DNA of 64,000 bases from Bdellovibrionales bacterium (GCA_947372355.1 CANBTI010000007.1:1010-65009); one strand, 5' to 3'; shown: positions 29,892 through 38,551, counted from the stretch's first letter. Made by a program: numbers and translations. Notes: generated by a model from the letters alone, not told the origin.

Positions 29892-30071
29892 TTAGCTAAC
29901 AGAATCATCAAGCTCTTCAATGCTGATGTATTCAGCATTTTCAGAGTCGTCTGGAAGTTGCTCAAGGTGAGCCTTCACATCTTTATCCGCAACTACATTG
30001 CGAACTAAATTTTTATCAAGCATGCGAACATCGAATTTTTTTTCTTGGATTGAATCGTGAAGTAATGACAT
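29892..30071 (-). CDS. Small acidic protein (59 aa), missed by the ORF track
   Basis: Manual translation MSLLHDSIQEKKFDVRMLDKNLVRNVVADKDVKAHLEQLPDDSENAEYISIEELDDSVS*. Fills the gap upstream of trxB. The FDVR...N......L..LPD pattern resembles a small deltaproteobacterial hypothetical family (recalled, not searched). Confidence 0.75.
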   Translation of the reverse strand: MSLLHDSIQEKKFDVRMLDKNLVRNVVADKDVKAHLEQLPDDSENAEYISIEELDDSVS

Positions 30072-30123
30072 AGTGCTTTATGTATACAGATTTTTAGTCA
30101 AAATTTCAATAACCAAACAATAC

Positions 30124-30930
30124 ATGAAAGTTTCAGTCGTCATTCCAGTTTATAATCAGTGTCAGCTAACGGAGCGTTGTCTCCAATCCTTGCTGAAGCA
30201 CTCCAAGCTACTTGGTGAGGTGACCGTAATTGATAACGCGTCCCGCGATAACACAGCGTTGATTTTAAACGACTTTAAAGAGCAATTCACTCAAACAGGG
30301 GTTTCATTCCAAGTTATTTCAAACTCGGAAAACGTTGGTTTTGGCAGAGCTTGCAATCAAGGAATCCGTATATTTTTAAAAGGCCAGGCGCAATATTTAG
30401 TGATTTTAAATAACGATACCTGGCTAATGCCCGATTGGGACCAAGCTTTGGTTGATACATTGAACTCCAAACATTTAGATTGTGTGGGTCCTTATTTTTA
30501 TGAAAAACCGATCTCTGAAAACATTTCTCTGATCGCAAAAAAGTTTATCACTAGAAATGCGGGCAAGACTCGGAAACATTTTGTTCCAATTTTGATGTGC
30601 TTCACTCGTTCCGCAGCCGTACGCCTCGCTTCTGATTGTGCCGGCTCCAACGGCGCCATGTTTGATGAGCGGTACTTTGTTACTTATGAAGATACCGATC
30701 TACTCACCAGAATGAAAAAAATGAATATGAAATACGCGCAGTCGGGATCTTGTTTCATTTGGCACCATTCAAAAGGAACGCGCGATCAACTTCCTTCCGG
30801 TTACGAACAAGAAGGACTTAGATTATTTATAGAAAAATGGGGATTTGATCCACGCATTCAAGAACACACCTTGATGGCGAAATGGAAGCGAAAGTATTAC
30901 AAAACGATTGAGAAAATCGGACTATTTTAA
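30124..30930 (+). CDS. Glycosyltransferase family 2
   Basis: VSVVIPVYN, VIDNASRD, NVGFGRACNQG, LNND, YEDTDL, IWHHS. ATG 30124 preferred over the track start 30073. Confidence 0.9.
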   Translation: MKVSVVIPVYNQCQLTERCLQSLLKHSKLLGEVTVIDNASRDNTALILNDFKEQFTQTGVSFQVISNSENVGFGRACNQGIRIFLKGQAQYLVILNNDTWLMPDWDQALVDTLNSKHLDCVGPYFYEKPISENISLIAKKFITRNAGKTRKHFVPILMCFTRSAAVRLASDCAGSNGAMFDERYFVTYEDTDLLTRMKKMNMKYAQSGSCFIWHHSKGTRDQLPSGYEQEGLRLFIEKWGFDPRIQEHTLMAKWKRKYYKTIEKIGLF

Positions 30931-30945
30931 TTCTACAGGTTAAGC

Positions 30946-32403
30946 ATGAAAATATTTGAGCGGATCATCTTGTTTTTAGGATCAGTCACTGTCATCGCCT
31001 TATCCGTGATTCATTCCATGCACGGAACCGATTCACATCATTGGGGCTTCATCATGGGAACAGCCCTGGATTTAATCCAAGGAAAAAAACTGTTTCACGA
31101 GATCTATATTCAATATGGATTGGGGCAGCCATTTTTATTTCAATTTTTAAATTATTTATTTCCCATTAACTTTTCCACTGTCGGAATGGTTACAGGGGTT
31201 GTTTATGCGATTAACCTTTGTATGCTTTTTGCAGTGGTAAAAAAGATTGGCGGATCTTCACTTGCATTGATGATCTACGCAATGGCCCTACTCATTCACA
31301 CTTACTCAATATTTCCTTGGCCAAATTACTACTCAGGCCTGTTTCTAACTTGTGCAATCTATATGCTCATCCGTGATGGTCGCTTCATGGTGACATCATT
31401 TCTAGCGGGTGCTTTTTTGTTTGTGGCCTTTTTGTTTCGAAGCACTTATCTGGTGAGTATTTTATCTGCTTCTTTCGTTTATGGGATAGCGGTGATTTAC
31501 AATCCTAATCTTAAAAGTAAAAAGATACTGGCTTCACTTACGTTTTTTTTCGTAGGAGTAATATTTTTTTCTTTGTTATTGTCATACCAAGGAAATCTGG
31601 GAATTTGGTTTGAACAAAGTATAGCCTCTGGAACTTCAAAGTATGCATTGGGAGTTCATGACGTTATTAAAACTCTTCGCAAGGCATTTTGGCCTGTGGG
31701 CATTTACCTTCCCGATCAAATTGTGAACACCAGCTTTGTGGCACTATTTTATGTTTCCATCATCTTTTTATTTAAAAGTGTTATTAGAAAAATCACCCCT
31801 GTTAAAACAGAATATGTATTCATTGCACTATTGGGTTTGGCAGGACTCTCCCAGGTAATTCTGAGTTATGAGTTTTTCAGACTACAAAATGATTGCATTT
31901 CATTGTTGATCATTTTTTCACTCGTAATAAAAAATCACCTTTCAAAAATAAACTTCAAAATCGCCACGGGAGTTTATTTCATACTTTTACTGCTCAAATT
32001 TCCAAATGCATCCGCCCTATTTCCTTTATATGATGGCGGATGGGACTCTTATCAATCCACTTCGATTCACATTTTTAAATTTCATCGGCTTCAGCCTGAA
32101 GTAAAAACCTACTATGAAAAACTAGCTGATGTTTTATGCAAAGATGATCAAAAAATAATCAACCTCACGCCTGATTCGACGATCCCCTATTTGTGTGAAT
32201 TAAATAAAAATGATCTGCCAATTCCATTTTACTCTCAAAAACTGAGTAACATTCAAAATGTAAATATTAAAAATAAATGGATTGTTGTTGATCAGTCATC
32301 AGATCTAAGCACTTCCGAACTTAAACTAAATGCCACGATCACTCGTCCTGCTCAAATTCGGTTTTTTGGTACTTCTGAAGTAAAAATATTCAGTGTCAAT
32401 TAG
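30946..32403 (+). CDS. Polytopic membrane protein, probable GT-C-fold glycosyltransferase
   Basis: One TM helix, then a periplasmic loop DSHHWG…LIQGKKLFHEIYIQYG, about 10 more TM segments and a soluble C-terminal domain. Confidence 0.5.
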   Translation: MKIFERIILFLGSVTVIALSVIHSMHGTDSHHWGFIMGTALDLIQGKKLFHEIYIQYGLGQPFLFQFLNYLFPINFSTVGMVTGVVYAINLCMLFAVVKKIGGSSLALMIYAMALLIHTYSIFPWPNYYSGLFLTCAIYMLIRDGRFMVTSFLAGAFLFVAFLFRSTYLVSILSASFVYGIAVIYNPNLKSKKILASLTFFFVGVIFFSLLLSYQGNLGIWFEQSIASGTSKYALGVHDVIKTLRKAFWPVGIYLPDQIVNTSFVALFYVSIIFLFKSVIRKITPVKTEYVFIALLGLAGLSQVILSYEFFRLQNDCISLLIIFSLVIKNHLSKINFKIATGVYFILLLLKFPNASALFPLYDGGWDSYQSTSIHIFKFHRLQPEVKTYYEKLADVLCKDDQKIINLTPDSTIPYLCELNKNDLPIPFYSQKLSNIQNVNIKNKWIVVDQSSDLSTSELKLNATITRPAQIRFFGTSEVKIFSVN

Positions 32404-33113
32404 TGCCAAGTTTTAGGATCACGTTGATCATCATCTTTATTGGTTTTATTGGGAACTAATTTCAAATGGCCCGATTTCTTTTTAGAGATGGAACTTTTGT
32501 TAAAGTTCATTTTAATACCTCTCGCTTGAAGCCACATAAAGAATAATCCAGCACCCATTCCAGATAAGTGGGCAATTGCACTGAGTCCGTTTTGCCCAGA
32601 AAACAATGCTTGCAATAGCTCAATCCCGGCGAGTAATGCCACGAACTGTTTTGATTTCATCGGGAAAATCATCATGAAAAGCATTTCACGATCTGGAAAT
32701 AAAACTCCATAAGCGAGCAGTAATCCATAAATACCACCCGAAGCGCCCATCATCGGCATTGAAAGATAGATTGGATTTGAAATCACCAATTGCATTAACA
32801 TATAAACAATACCGGCCACGAGAATACAAAAAGAGTAAAAAACGAAAAAACGCTTCTTACCCCAAACCGATTCGATATCAGATCCTACAAAAGCTAAAAC
32901 CATCAAATTCAAAATCAAATGCATTACATCTACATGTAAAAAACTGTAGGTAAAAAGCTGCCAAAACATTCCATGCATCGTGCTGATCGGAGTGAGTGCA
33001 AGCAAACCTCTAAGATTTCCACCCAAAAATTGATCCACTATATTTTGAACCACAAAAATAGCGACGTAAGTAATCAGTAGTTTCTTTAGCATTTCGCTCA
33101 ATCTAAGTTGCAT
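32400..33113 (-). CDS. Rhomboid-family intramembrane serine protease
   Basis: WQLFTYSFLH, HLILN, ESVWG, GASGG (catalytic Ser), AHLSG (catalytic His). Confidence 0.92.
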   Translation of the reverse strand: MQLRLSEMLKKLLITYVAIFVVQNIVDQFLGGNLRGLLALTPISTMHGMFWQLFTYSFLHVDVMHLILNLMVLAFVGSDIESVWGKKRFFVFYSFCILVAGIVYMLMQLVISNPIYLSMPMMGASGGIYGLLLAYGVLFPDREMLFMMIFPMKSKQFVALLAGIELLQALFSGQNGLSAIAHLSGMGAGLFFMWLQARGIKMNFNKSSISKKKSGHLKLVPNKTNKDDDQRDPKTWH

Positions 33114-33114
33114 A

Positions 33115-33546
33115 TTATTCCTTTGTTTGAATTTCCATGAGTTCAATTAAAACTCCACCGGCGGTTGCGGGATGGATGAAATTTATTCTCATATTTTGAG
33201 CACCTAATTTTGGTTCAGCGTAAGTGAACTTGAAGCCTTCTGATTTCAACTTTTCAATTATTGAATCTAGCTTTCCTGCTCCCACCTGAAATGAAAGATG
33301 ATGAATTCCGGCTCCTCGTTTTTGAATAAATTTTGAAACAGTTCCTTCTGGATCTTGTACCTCAAGAAGCTCCAAGTGTGGCACCTCTCCCACAGGACTA
33401 AAGAAGTGTACATTCACTCCTTGTTCGGGAACGCTTTCAGAAATACCTCGAGTAATACCAAGTGATTTAAATAGTTTTTCAAGCTGATGATTTCCAGCTT
33501 CAGTGGCGATTCCAATGTGATTTAGAGTAACTTCTGGTTGTTGCAT
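33115..33546 (-). CDS. mce: Methylmalonyl-CoA epimerase (VOC family)
   Basis: NHIGIA, VPEQGV, LELLE, KFIQKRGAGIHHLSF, FIHPATAGGVLIEL. Confidence 0.85.
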   Translation of the reverse strand: MQQPEVTLNHIGIATEAGNHQLEKLFKSLGITRGISESVPEQGVNVHFFSPVGEVPHLELLEVQDPEGTVSKFIQKRGAGIHHLSFQVGAGKLDSIIEKLKSEGFKFTYAEPKLGAQNMRINFIHPATAGGVLIELMEIQTKE

Positions 33547-33577
33547 GCTTACTCAAACAATATCATCAGTTTAAAAT

Positions 33578-33745
33578 AAAAAAAAGGAGCCGTCCCACTT
33601 GTCGCTGTACCCGAATTGAACTCCTCAGTCAGGATTCAATTCGAAATTCAAGTGTAACGGCCCCCAGTCAAGATCTAAGCAGTATGCACCCACCCGTGCT
33701 CTATCTGTCTCAGACAATATACCTATCGGGTGGCTGAGTTAAAAC
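33578..33745 (-). ncRNA. Structured non-coding RNA candidate (sigma28-driven sRNA or divergent 6S RNA)
   Basis: GC-richer island within AT-rich intergenic DNA. Rod-like hairpin 33586-33665 (GGGCCGT/ACGGCTCC, CACTTG/CAAGTG, CGAATTGAA/TTCAATTCG, TCCT/AGGA) followed by T8 on the minus strand. Second inverted repeat CCACCCG/CGGGTGG at 33690-33733. Confidence 0.5.
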
Positions 33746-33749
33746 TTTA
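33723..33749 (-). promoter_or_regulatory. Near-consensus sigma28 (FliA) promoter
   Basis: Minus strand TAAAGTTT-N11-CCCGATAG; the -35 box is a perfect match and the spacing is exact. Confidence 0.65.
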
Positions 33750-33822
33750 GCTTTTTTTTAAACTAAATTATTAAATTAATTATGTATAAAAAACAACAAC
33801 TTATCTTCAATTTTTCAATTGA

Positions 33823-33851
33823 TTGACTTTAATTTATAAATACTCAATAAT
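33823..33851 (+). promoter_or_regulatory. Putative sigma70 promoter
   Basis: TTGACT-N17-AATAAT (5/6 and 5/6 matches), with AT-rich upstream DNA. Confidence 0.5.
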
Positions 33852-33861
33852 ACGCGTCATT

Positions 33862-34050
33862 ATGGCTATCATTGAAAGAATCACCCTTCCATCTACAAAC
33901 ATTGAAAATGATAGCGTAGGCACTCTTCCGGGGCTAAGAATTTCAATTCGCTCTACAACGTCTTCCTTATCGGATTACCCTGAATGGCGCTTAGAAGAAC
34001 TCTCTAAGAAGAGTCAAGATACTGTGATCACTGATGGTGCCTGTTCATAA
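33862..34050 (+). CDS. Possible 62-aa small protein
   Basis: ATG 10 nt after the sigma70-like -10 box; no Shine-Dalgarno; no recognisable family. Confidence 0.3.
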   Translation: MAIIERITLPSTNIENDSVGTLPGLRISIRSTTSSLSDYPEWRLEELSKKSQDTVITDGACS

Positions 34051-34058
34051 TTAAATAT

Positions 34059-34487
34059 CTAATACTTAAGTACCTTCAGACAGCCCATATATTGCTCCAC
34101 TATCGGTGGAGAATCTGTTTTATAAGCTTCATGGTAACAGGCCTCTAACTTTTTAAGAACTCCCAGGCTCTGAGCACCATTGTTTGCTTTTAGATATTCA
34201 TGAAACTCTCCAAAACAACTCAAATATGCATTTTTCATAGGATGAGATTGGGGTAAATCTTGGGGAAAAAGAACTTCAAAATAATCCTCATCCTTAGATT
34301 GAGATAATTTAGGATCCTCTTCTAAAGCTTCGATCACCATCAGCTCAGTTTCTTCATAACGATTGACCCACTCTGAATGATTTAAGCTTTTACAATCTTT
34401 CAATACAGACTCTAAGACATCTTTTTTTGATGCCATCGCTGTTGGTAGAGTTAAAAACAGCAAAAAAAATATTCTGATTAATTGCAT
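34059..34487 (-). CDS. Small secreted helical protein with 4 Cys
   Basis: Signal peptide (…PTAMA); start overlaps the stop of the SLT gene. Confidence 0.7.
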   Translation of the reverse strand: MQLIRIFFLLFLTLPTAMASKKDVLESVLKDCKSLNHSEWVNRYEETELMVIEALEEDPKLSQSKDEDYFEVLFPQDLPQSHPMKNAYLSCFGEFHEYLKANNGAQSLGVLKKLEACYHEAYKTDSPPIVEQYMGCLKVLKY

Positions 34488-35638
34488 CTAAAGCCTCCGC
34501 AGTTCCTTTTTTCAAAATTTGCCATCGGCTTATCAGATCCTCTTTCGGCACAAGAACGAATGGATTTCATATAGTTCAAGGTTTCACTGTTTTTATTATA
34601 CTTTTTAAAACACTCATCAAGACTTTTAACTTCGGCGCATTTTTTTGCCAATCCCGCAACGCCGCCATTATAGGAACCGGCAAGAAAAATCTCTGAATCT
34701 AGCTCGTCCATTTTATTAATGCTAATAGAATGATCATTATTTTTAGTGACTTTAATTTCATCAGGATTTTGCCCGCTTAACAAATTTAGGTCATAGGTTT
34801 GTTTTGCCACTGATAATGCAAAAGCCAATTGAGGGCATTTCACACTTTTCCCATTGATGCTATGGGGTGGGTTTTCTGTTCCTTCCCAATACTTACTCCA
34901 AACCTTTTTTGCAGCGAGTTCGGCCTTATTATTAATAATCATTCCTTGGAAATAATTGATGTTTTTTTGTAATAAAAGTTTTTCTTTTTTTACCTTGGCA
35001 GATTTAAGTTTTTTCTCTTCTTCCAATAACTTATTTTGAAACTCTAAAATTGATTTCTCAAAAGACTCTTCCGTTGAACCAACCACAATGTTCATTTTCT
35101 TAATACAATCCGGCATGAATTGAATATATCCGGTCGCACCCTTTGGAGATTTGGCTTCCGAGATAAATTGGGTTTCTTTAAAATATAAACAGGATTGAAC
35201 TGCAAAAGATAAGCCCGCACTTTCAGCCGCCAATGCAATATTTGGAACTAAAGTTGTTTTATAATGGCAAAATAGATTGACGGGCGATTCTTTCGCTCTT
35301 GTTCTATTTAAGGAATCTGGATTATAGCCTCTTTCTGCATAACAACTCATGTAATTGAGAACTTCTTTTTTTGATTTTAAATTTGTGACTGAATACAAGT
35401 CACCAATGGCACTATTGATCATACTTTCTGATGTATTGAAAACGTCCGGTGAAGAGAAACAGGCATTTGTTTCAAAAAAAATAAATGGATTAATCTTTGC
35501 TGGTGTCGTCCCGCAGGATTTCTTTGCGATCGGATCGTTAGCAGGGCACGCACAATTTTCATATGCATTAGCAACAATTGAACCTAAAAAAGAATTAAAA
35601 ATCAGCGGCAACGCGCACATCCATGTTCGCATTTTCAT
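34478..35638 (-). CDS. Secreted lytic transglycosylase (SLT-like), Cys-rich
   Basis: Signal peptide; KETQF…SPKGATGYIQFMP (catalytic Glu and GxxQ motifs); AGSYNGG; ETLNYM. Confidence 0.75.
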   Translation of the reverse strand: MKMRTWMCALPLIFNSFLGSIVANAYENCACPANDPIAKKSCGTTPAKINPFIFFETNACFSSPDVFNTSESMINSAIGDLYSVTNLKSKKEVLNYMSCYAERGYNPDSLNRTRAKESPVNLFCHYKTTLVPNIALAAESAGLSFAVQSCLYFKETQFISEAKSPKGATGYIQFMPDCIKKMNIVVGSTEESFEKSILEFQNKLLEEEKKLKSAKVKKEKLLLQKNINYFQGMIINNKAELAAKKVWSKYWEGTENPPHSINGKSVKCPQLAFALSVAKQTYDLNLLSGQNPDEIKVTKNNDHSISINKMDELDSEIFLAGSYNGGVAGLAKKCAEVKSLDECFKKYNKNSETLNYMKSIRSCAERGSDKPMANFEKRNCGGFRCN

Positions 35639-35650
35639 CTAATTATATTA

Positions 35651-36745
35651 TCAGGCTTTTCCATTTATTCGTAGAAGGTTTTGGTGCCAAACATATGCCG
35701 TTCGAATGATAGACTCAATACTTGAACGTGAAGGCTCCCACCCCAAAATTTGATGCGCCTTTTTATGGCTCGCAATCAAAAAAGGTGCATCTCCAGGACG
35801 TCGATCAAATTCAACTGTTTTAATCTGTTTCTTCGTTACTTTTTTGACTGCTTCAATCACCTCTAGAACGGAGGTTCCATTCTGTGTTCCCAAATTATAA
35901 ATTTCAACTACGCCTACCTCGCTTTTAAATAGACGATTTAATCCAAGGATGTGTGCTTGAGCGAGATCTGAAACATGGATGTAATCTCTGATACACGTAC
36001 CATCTCGTGTGGGGTAATCACTTCCAAAAACTTTTATCTCCGATTCTGGATTTAATGCATTTTCGAGAATGAGTGGAATCAAATGGGTTTCTGGCTCATG
36101 CCATTCACCAATTATTCCTGACATTGAGGCTCCTGCAGCATTAAAGTATCTAAAAATAATTGCACTCAAACCCCATTGCTGAGAAGCCTCTTGGATTGCT
36201 ACTTCAATTCTCAGTTTTGAATCTCCATATGGATTTAATGGGTTCAACGGAAAATCTTCTGTTATCAGATCTCCACCATCAACATCTCCATAAACAGCAG
36301 CGGTACTTGAAAAAACTATCTTTTTACACCCAAATTCTTGCATGGAAAGTAATAGGTTCTCAGATCCTTCAACATTGTTCTTATAATACAAACCAGGATC
36401 TTTCACCGATTCAGCAACACTGATTTTTCCAGCAAAGTGAACGACCGCTTTAGGTTGGTATTTAGAAAAGATTTTTTTTAACTTTTCTAAATCGCAGATG
36501 TTAATTTTTTCTACAATTAAGACCGGCAGATAACTTCTTCTCAACTCTTGATTTAAAATTTCAATAATCTCTAGGTGACCACCAGAAAAATCATCCAATA
36601 CAACAATTTGATGTGGCTCCAAGTACTCTTTGCCGATTTGTGTGCAAAGATCTAAAAAATGCGAACCGATATACCCCGCACCACCAGTTACAAAAATAAC
36701 TGGTAAAGAGTCGATTTTTTTTTGATCTTTATTGATTGAACTCAT
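35651..36745 (-). CDS. galE: UDP-glucose 4-epimerase
   Basis: VTGGAGYIGSH, HFAGKISVAES, FSSTAAVYG, PYGDSK, FRYFNAAGA, DGTCIRDYIHV, RRPGD. Confidence 0.95.
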   Translation of the reverse strand: MSSINKDQKKIDSLPVIFVTGGAGYIGSHFLDLCTQIGKEYLEPHQIVVLDDFSGGHLEIIEILNQELRRSYLPVLIVEKINICDLEKLKKIFSKYQPKAVVHFAGKISVAESVKDPGLYYKNNVEGSENLLLSMQEFGCKKIVFSSTAAVYGDVDGGDLITEDFPLNPLNPYGDSKLRIEVAIQEASQQWGLSAIIFRYFNAAGASMSGIIGEWHEPETHLIPLILENALNPESEIKVFGSDYPTRDGTCIRDYIHVSDLAQAHILGLNRLFKSEVGVVEIYNLGTQNGTSVLEVIEAVKKVTKKQIKTVEFDRRPGDAPFLIASHKKAHQILGWEPSRSSIESIIRTAYVWHQNLLRINGKA

Positions 36746-36773
36746 TTAGATCACAATAATATATTCTAAATAA

Positions 36774-37253
36774 TTAAGCTGCTTTTTTATCTGACTCTAT
36801 AGATTCAACGCGCACTGAAGGATGCGCATTGATTGCATAAACTGTTGCAATTTTAGAAACATCCAATATTGAAACCACTTTTAACTCACCCATGAAGGTT
36901 GCACTCATCCAGTATTTCACCATTACGTTCCAGTTAATGGGCGCACCTGTTGATACAATTTCTAAGTCGAACATTTTTTTCCCGATCGTTGCTCTAGAAA
37001 TGCCTTGAATCAAAACTCTATTGATAAAAGAAATGCTCATTCCAAAGAATAAAAAACCAAGTACCATTCCACTCCAAATTGCACCTTGGGTTTCAGTGGC
37101 ATGAACTTGATGTAGAACAATCACCAGAGCCGCCATCATGGCTCCAAAATATCCACCCAGAAAAGCTCCTCCCCATTCGATTAAAAAATCGATGGAACTT
37201 GCCATGAACCGATTGAGATAAAGCTTATTAGATTGTTGAGCGTCAAAAAACAT
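36774..37253 (-). CDS. RDD-family membrane protein
   Basis: NRFMASSID, two TM helices, ATIGKKMFDLEIV. ATG 37253 preferred; track start is 37274. Confidence 0.65.
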   Translation of the reverse strand: MFFDAQQSNKLYLNRFMASSIDFLIEWGGAFLGGYFGAMMAALVIVLHQVHATETQGAIWSGMVLGFLFFGMSISFINRVLIQGISRATIGKKMFDLEIVSTGAPINWNVMVKYWMSATFMGELKVVSILDVSKIATVYAINAHPSVRVESIESDKKAA

Positions 37254-37263
37254 ACTATATAGA

Positions 37264-37290
37264 GTATCGGTCAATTACTTGACTAAATTA
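37264..37290 (-). promoter_or_regulatory. Weak sigma28-like promoter
   Basis: Minus strand TAATTTAG-N11-ACCGATAC; good -10 box, poor -35 box. Confidence 0.3.
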
Positions 37291-37333
37291 AGCAGTTTTT
37301 TAAATATATAAATATACTAAATATTTCAATACT

Positions 37334-38551
37334 TTATGTTTCTTTAGTTTTTTTAAATGGAGCTACCTTTGATAATAAAAATAGCCCCGGTAGGGTCATC
37401 AAGGAGCAAAAGATGAAGTATGCACTCCAAGAGCCTAACTCCACTTTTATTAAGCCCGCTGGGGCAGAGATCAGTGTTCTTGGCAATGCCACCAAACTGG
37501 TGAGTAGGGCATATTGAGTGGCTGTAAATTTTTTATCCGTGAGAAAAGCGACAAAGGTATTGAACGCTGGTACAGCCATCCCCGCTGCAAACATTTCAGT
37601 TCCAATCACTAAAGCAAGAACCAGGTTGTTTTTTTCAATGCCCGAAAGCCAAACTAACCCACCGATCGCTAAAGCCTGTAACACACCAAAAATCCAAAGA
37701 GATTTATTTAAACCAATTCTTGCCATCACTCCGGCACCGACAAATCCACCGATCAGCAAAGAAATCAATCCGACTCCTTTTACTGCGGCAGCATATTCAG
37801 TTTTACTGTAACCATGTTCAATCACAAATGGAGCCGTGAGTGCTCCCGATAAATTATCACCAAGTTTATAAAATAAAATAAACGCAAGAATGATGAAAAC
37901 ATTTTTTGTTTTAAAAAAAGCTCTAAAGGGACCAACAATCGCTTCTTTTAAAGTAGGTGGAATAAAAGCATTTGCATCATCTCCCTCGGGAGCCATAAAT
38001 GTTGCGATCATTCCCAACCCCACAAATGCAGCAACTAAAGAATAGATTTGAAACCAACTCCACTTGAATTGATCTACAATCCATAATGCCATTGCACCCG
38101 CCACCAACATTCCAATTCGATAACCTGTAGAATAGAGAGAAAGACCAAATCCCATTTCTACCTCAGTCAGAGATTCTCTTCGATAAGCATCAATTAAAAT
38201 ATCTTGAGTTGCGCTCATGAATGAAACAAGTAAAGCCATTAAAGCAGTTGCTTTCAGCGAACTGAGTGGATCACTTCCACCCAAAAGTACAATTGCCAAC
38301 ATTAATGCAATTTGTGAAACCAAAAGCCAGGAACGGCGTCTGGTTAAAAATGGAAGTGAATAGCGATCAATAAAGGGAGACCATAAGAACTTTAAATTGT
38401 AAGGCAATCCCACCAACGCAAAAGCACCAATCGTTTTAATATCAATCTTCATTTCCGTCATCCAAACCTGAAGAGTAGATCCAGTCAGCAATAGTGGAAT
38501 ACCGCTTGATAAACCAAATAGAAAATGAACGATCCAGATTTTCTTTTTCAT
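37334..38551 (-). CDS. ampG: AmpG-family muropeptide MFS transporter
   Basis: GLSSGIPL, PYNLKFLWSPFIDRY, RRRSW, SATQDILIDAYRRE, YKLGD, TATQYALLTSL. Confidence 0.92.
   Translation of the reverse strand: MKKKIWIVHFLFGLSSGIPLLLTGSTLQVWMTEMKIDIKTIGAFALVGLPYNLKFLWSPFIDRYSLPFLTRRRSWLLVSQIALMLAIVLLGGSDPLSSLKATALMALLVSFMSATQDILIDAYRRESLTEVEMGFGLSLYSTGYRIGMLVAGAMALWIVDQFKWSWFQIYSLVAAFVGLGMIATFMAPEGDDANAFIPPTLKEAIVGPFRAFFKTKNVFIILAFILFYKLGDNLSGALTAPFVIEHGYSKTEYAAAVKGVGLISLLIGGFVGAGVMARIGLNKSLWIFGVLQALAIGGLVWLSGIEKNNLVLALVIGTEMFAAGMAVPAFNTFVAFLTDKKFTATQYALLTSLVALPRTLISAPAGLIKVELGSWSAYFIFCSLMTLPGLFLLSKVAPFKKTKET

Noticed and set aside
33586-33665. Rod hairpin as SRP 4.5S RNA, or as a cobalamin or c-di-GMP riboswitch for mce
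   Set aside because: Lacks the SRP helix-8 GNRA/CAGG-GGAAGCAG core, the B12-box, and the GEMM GCAAA elements; kept only as an unassigned or 6S-like RNA.
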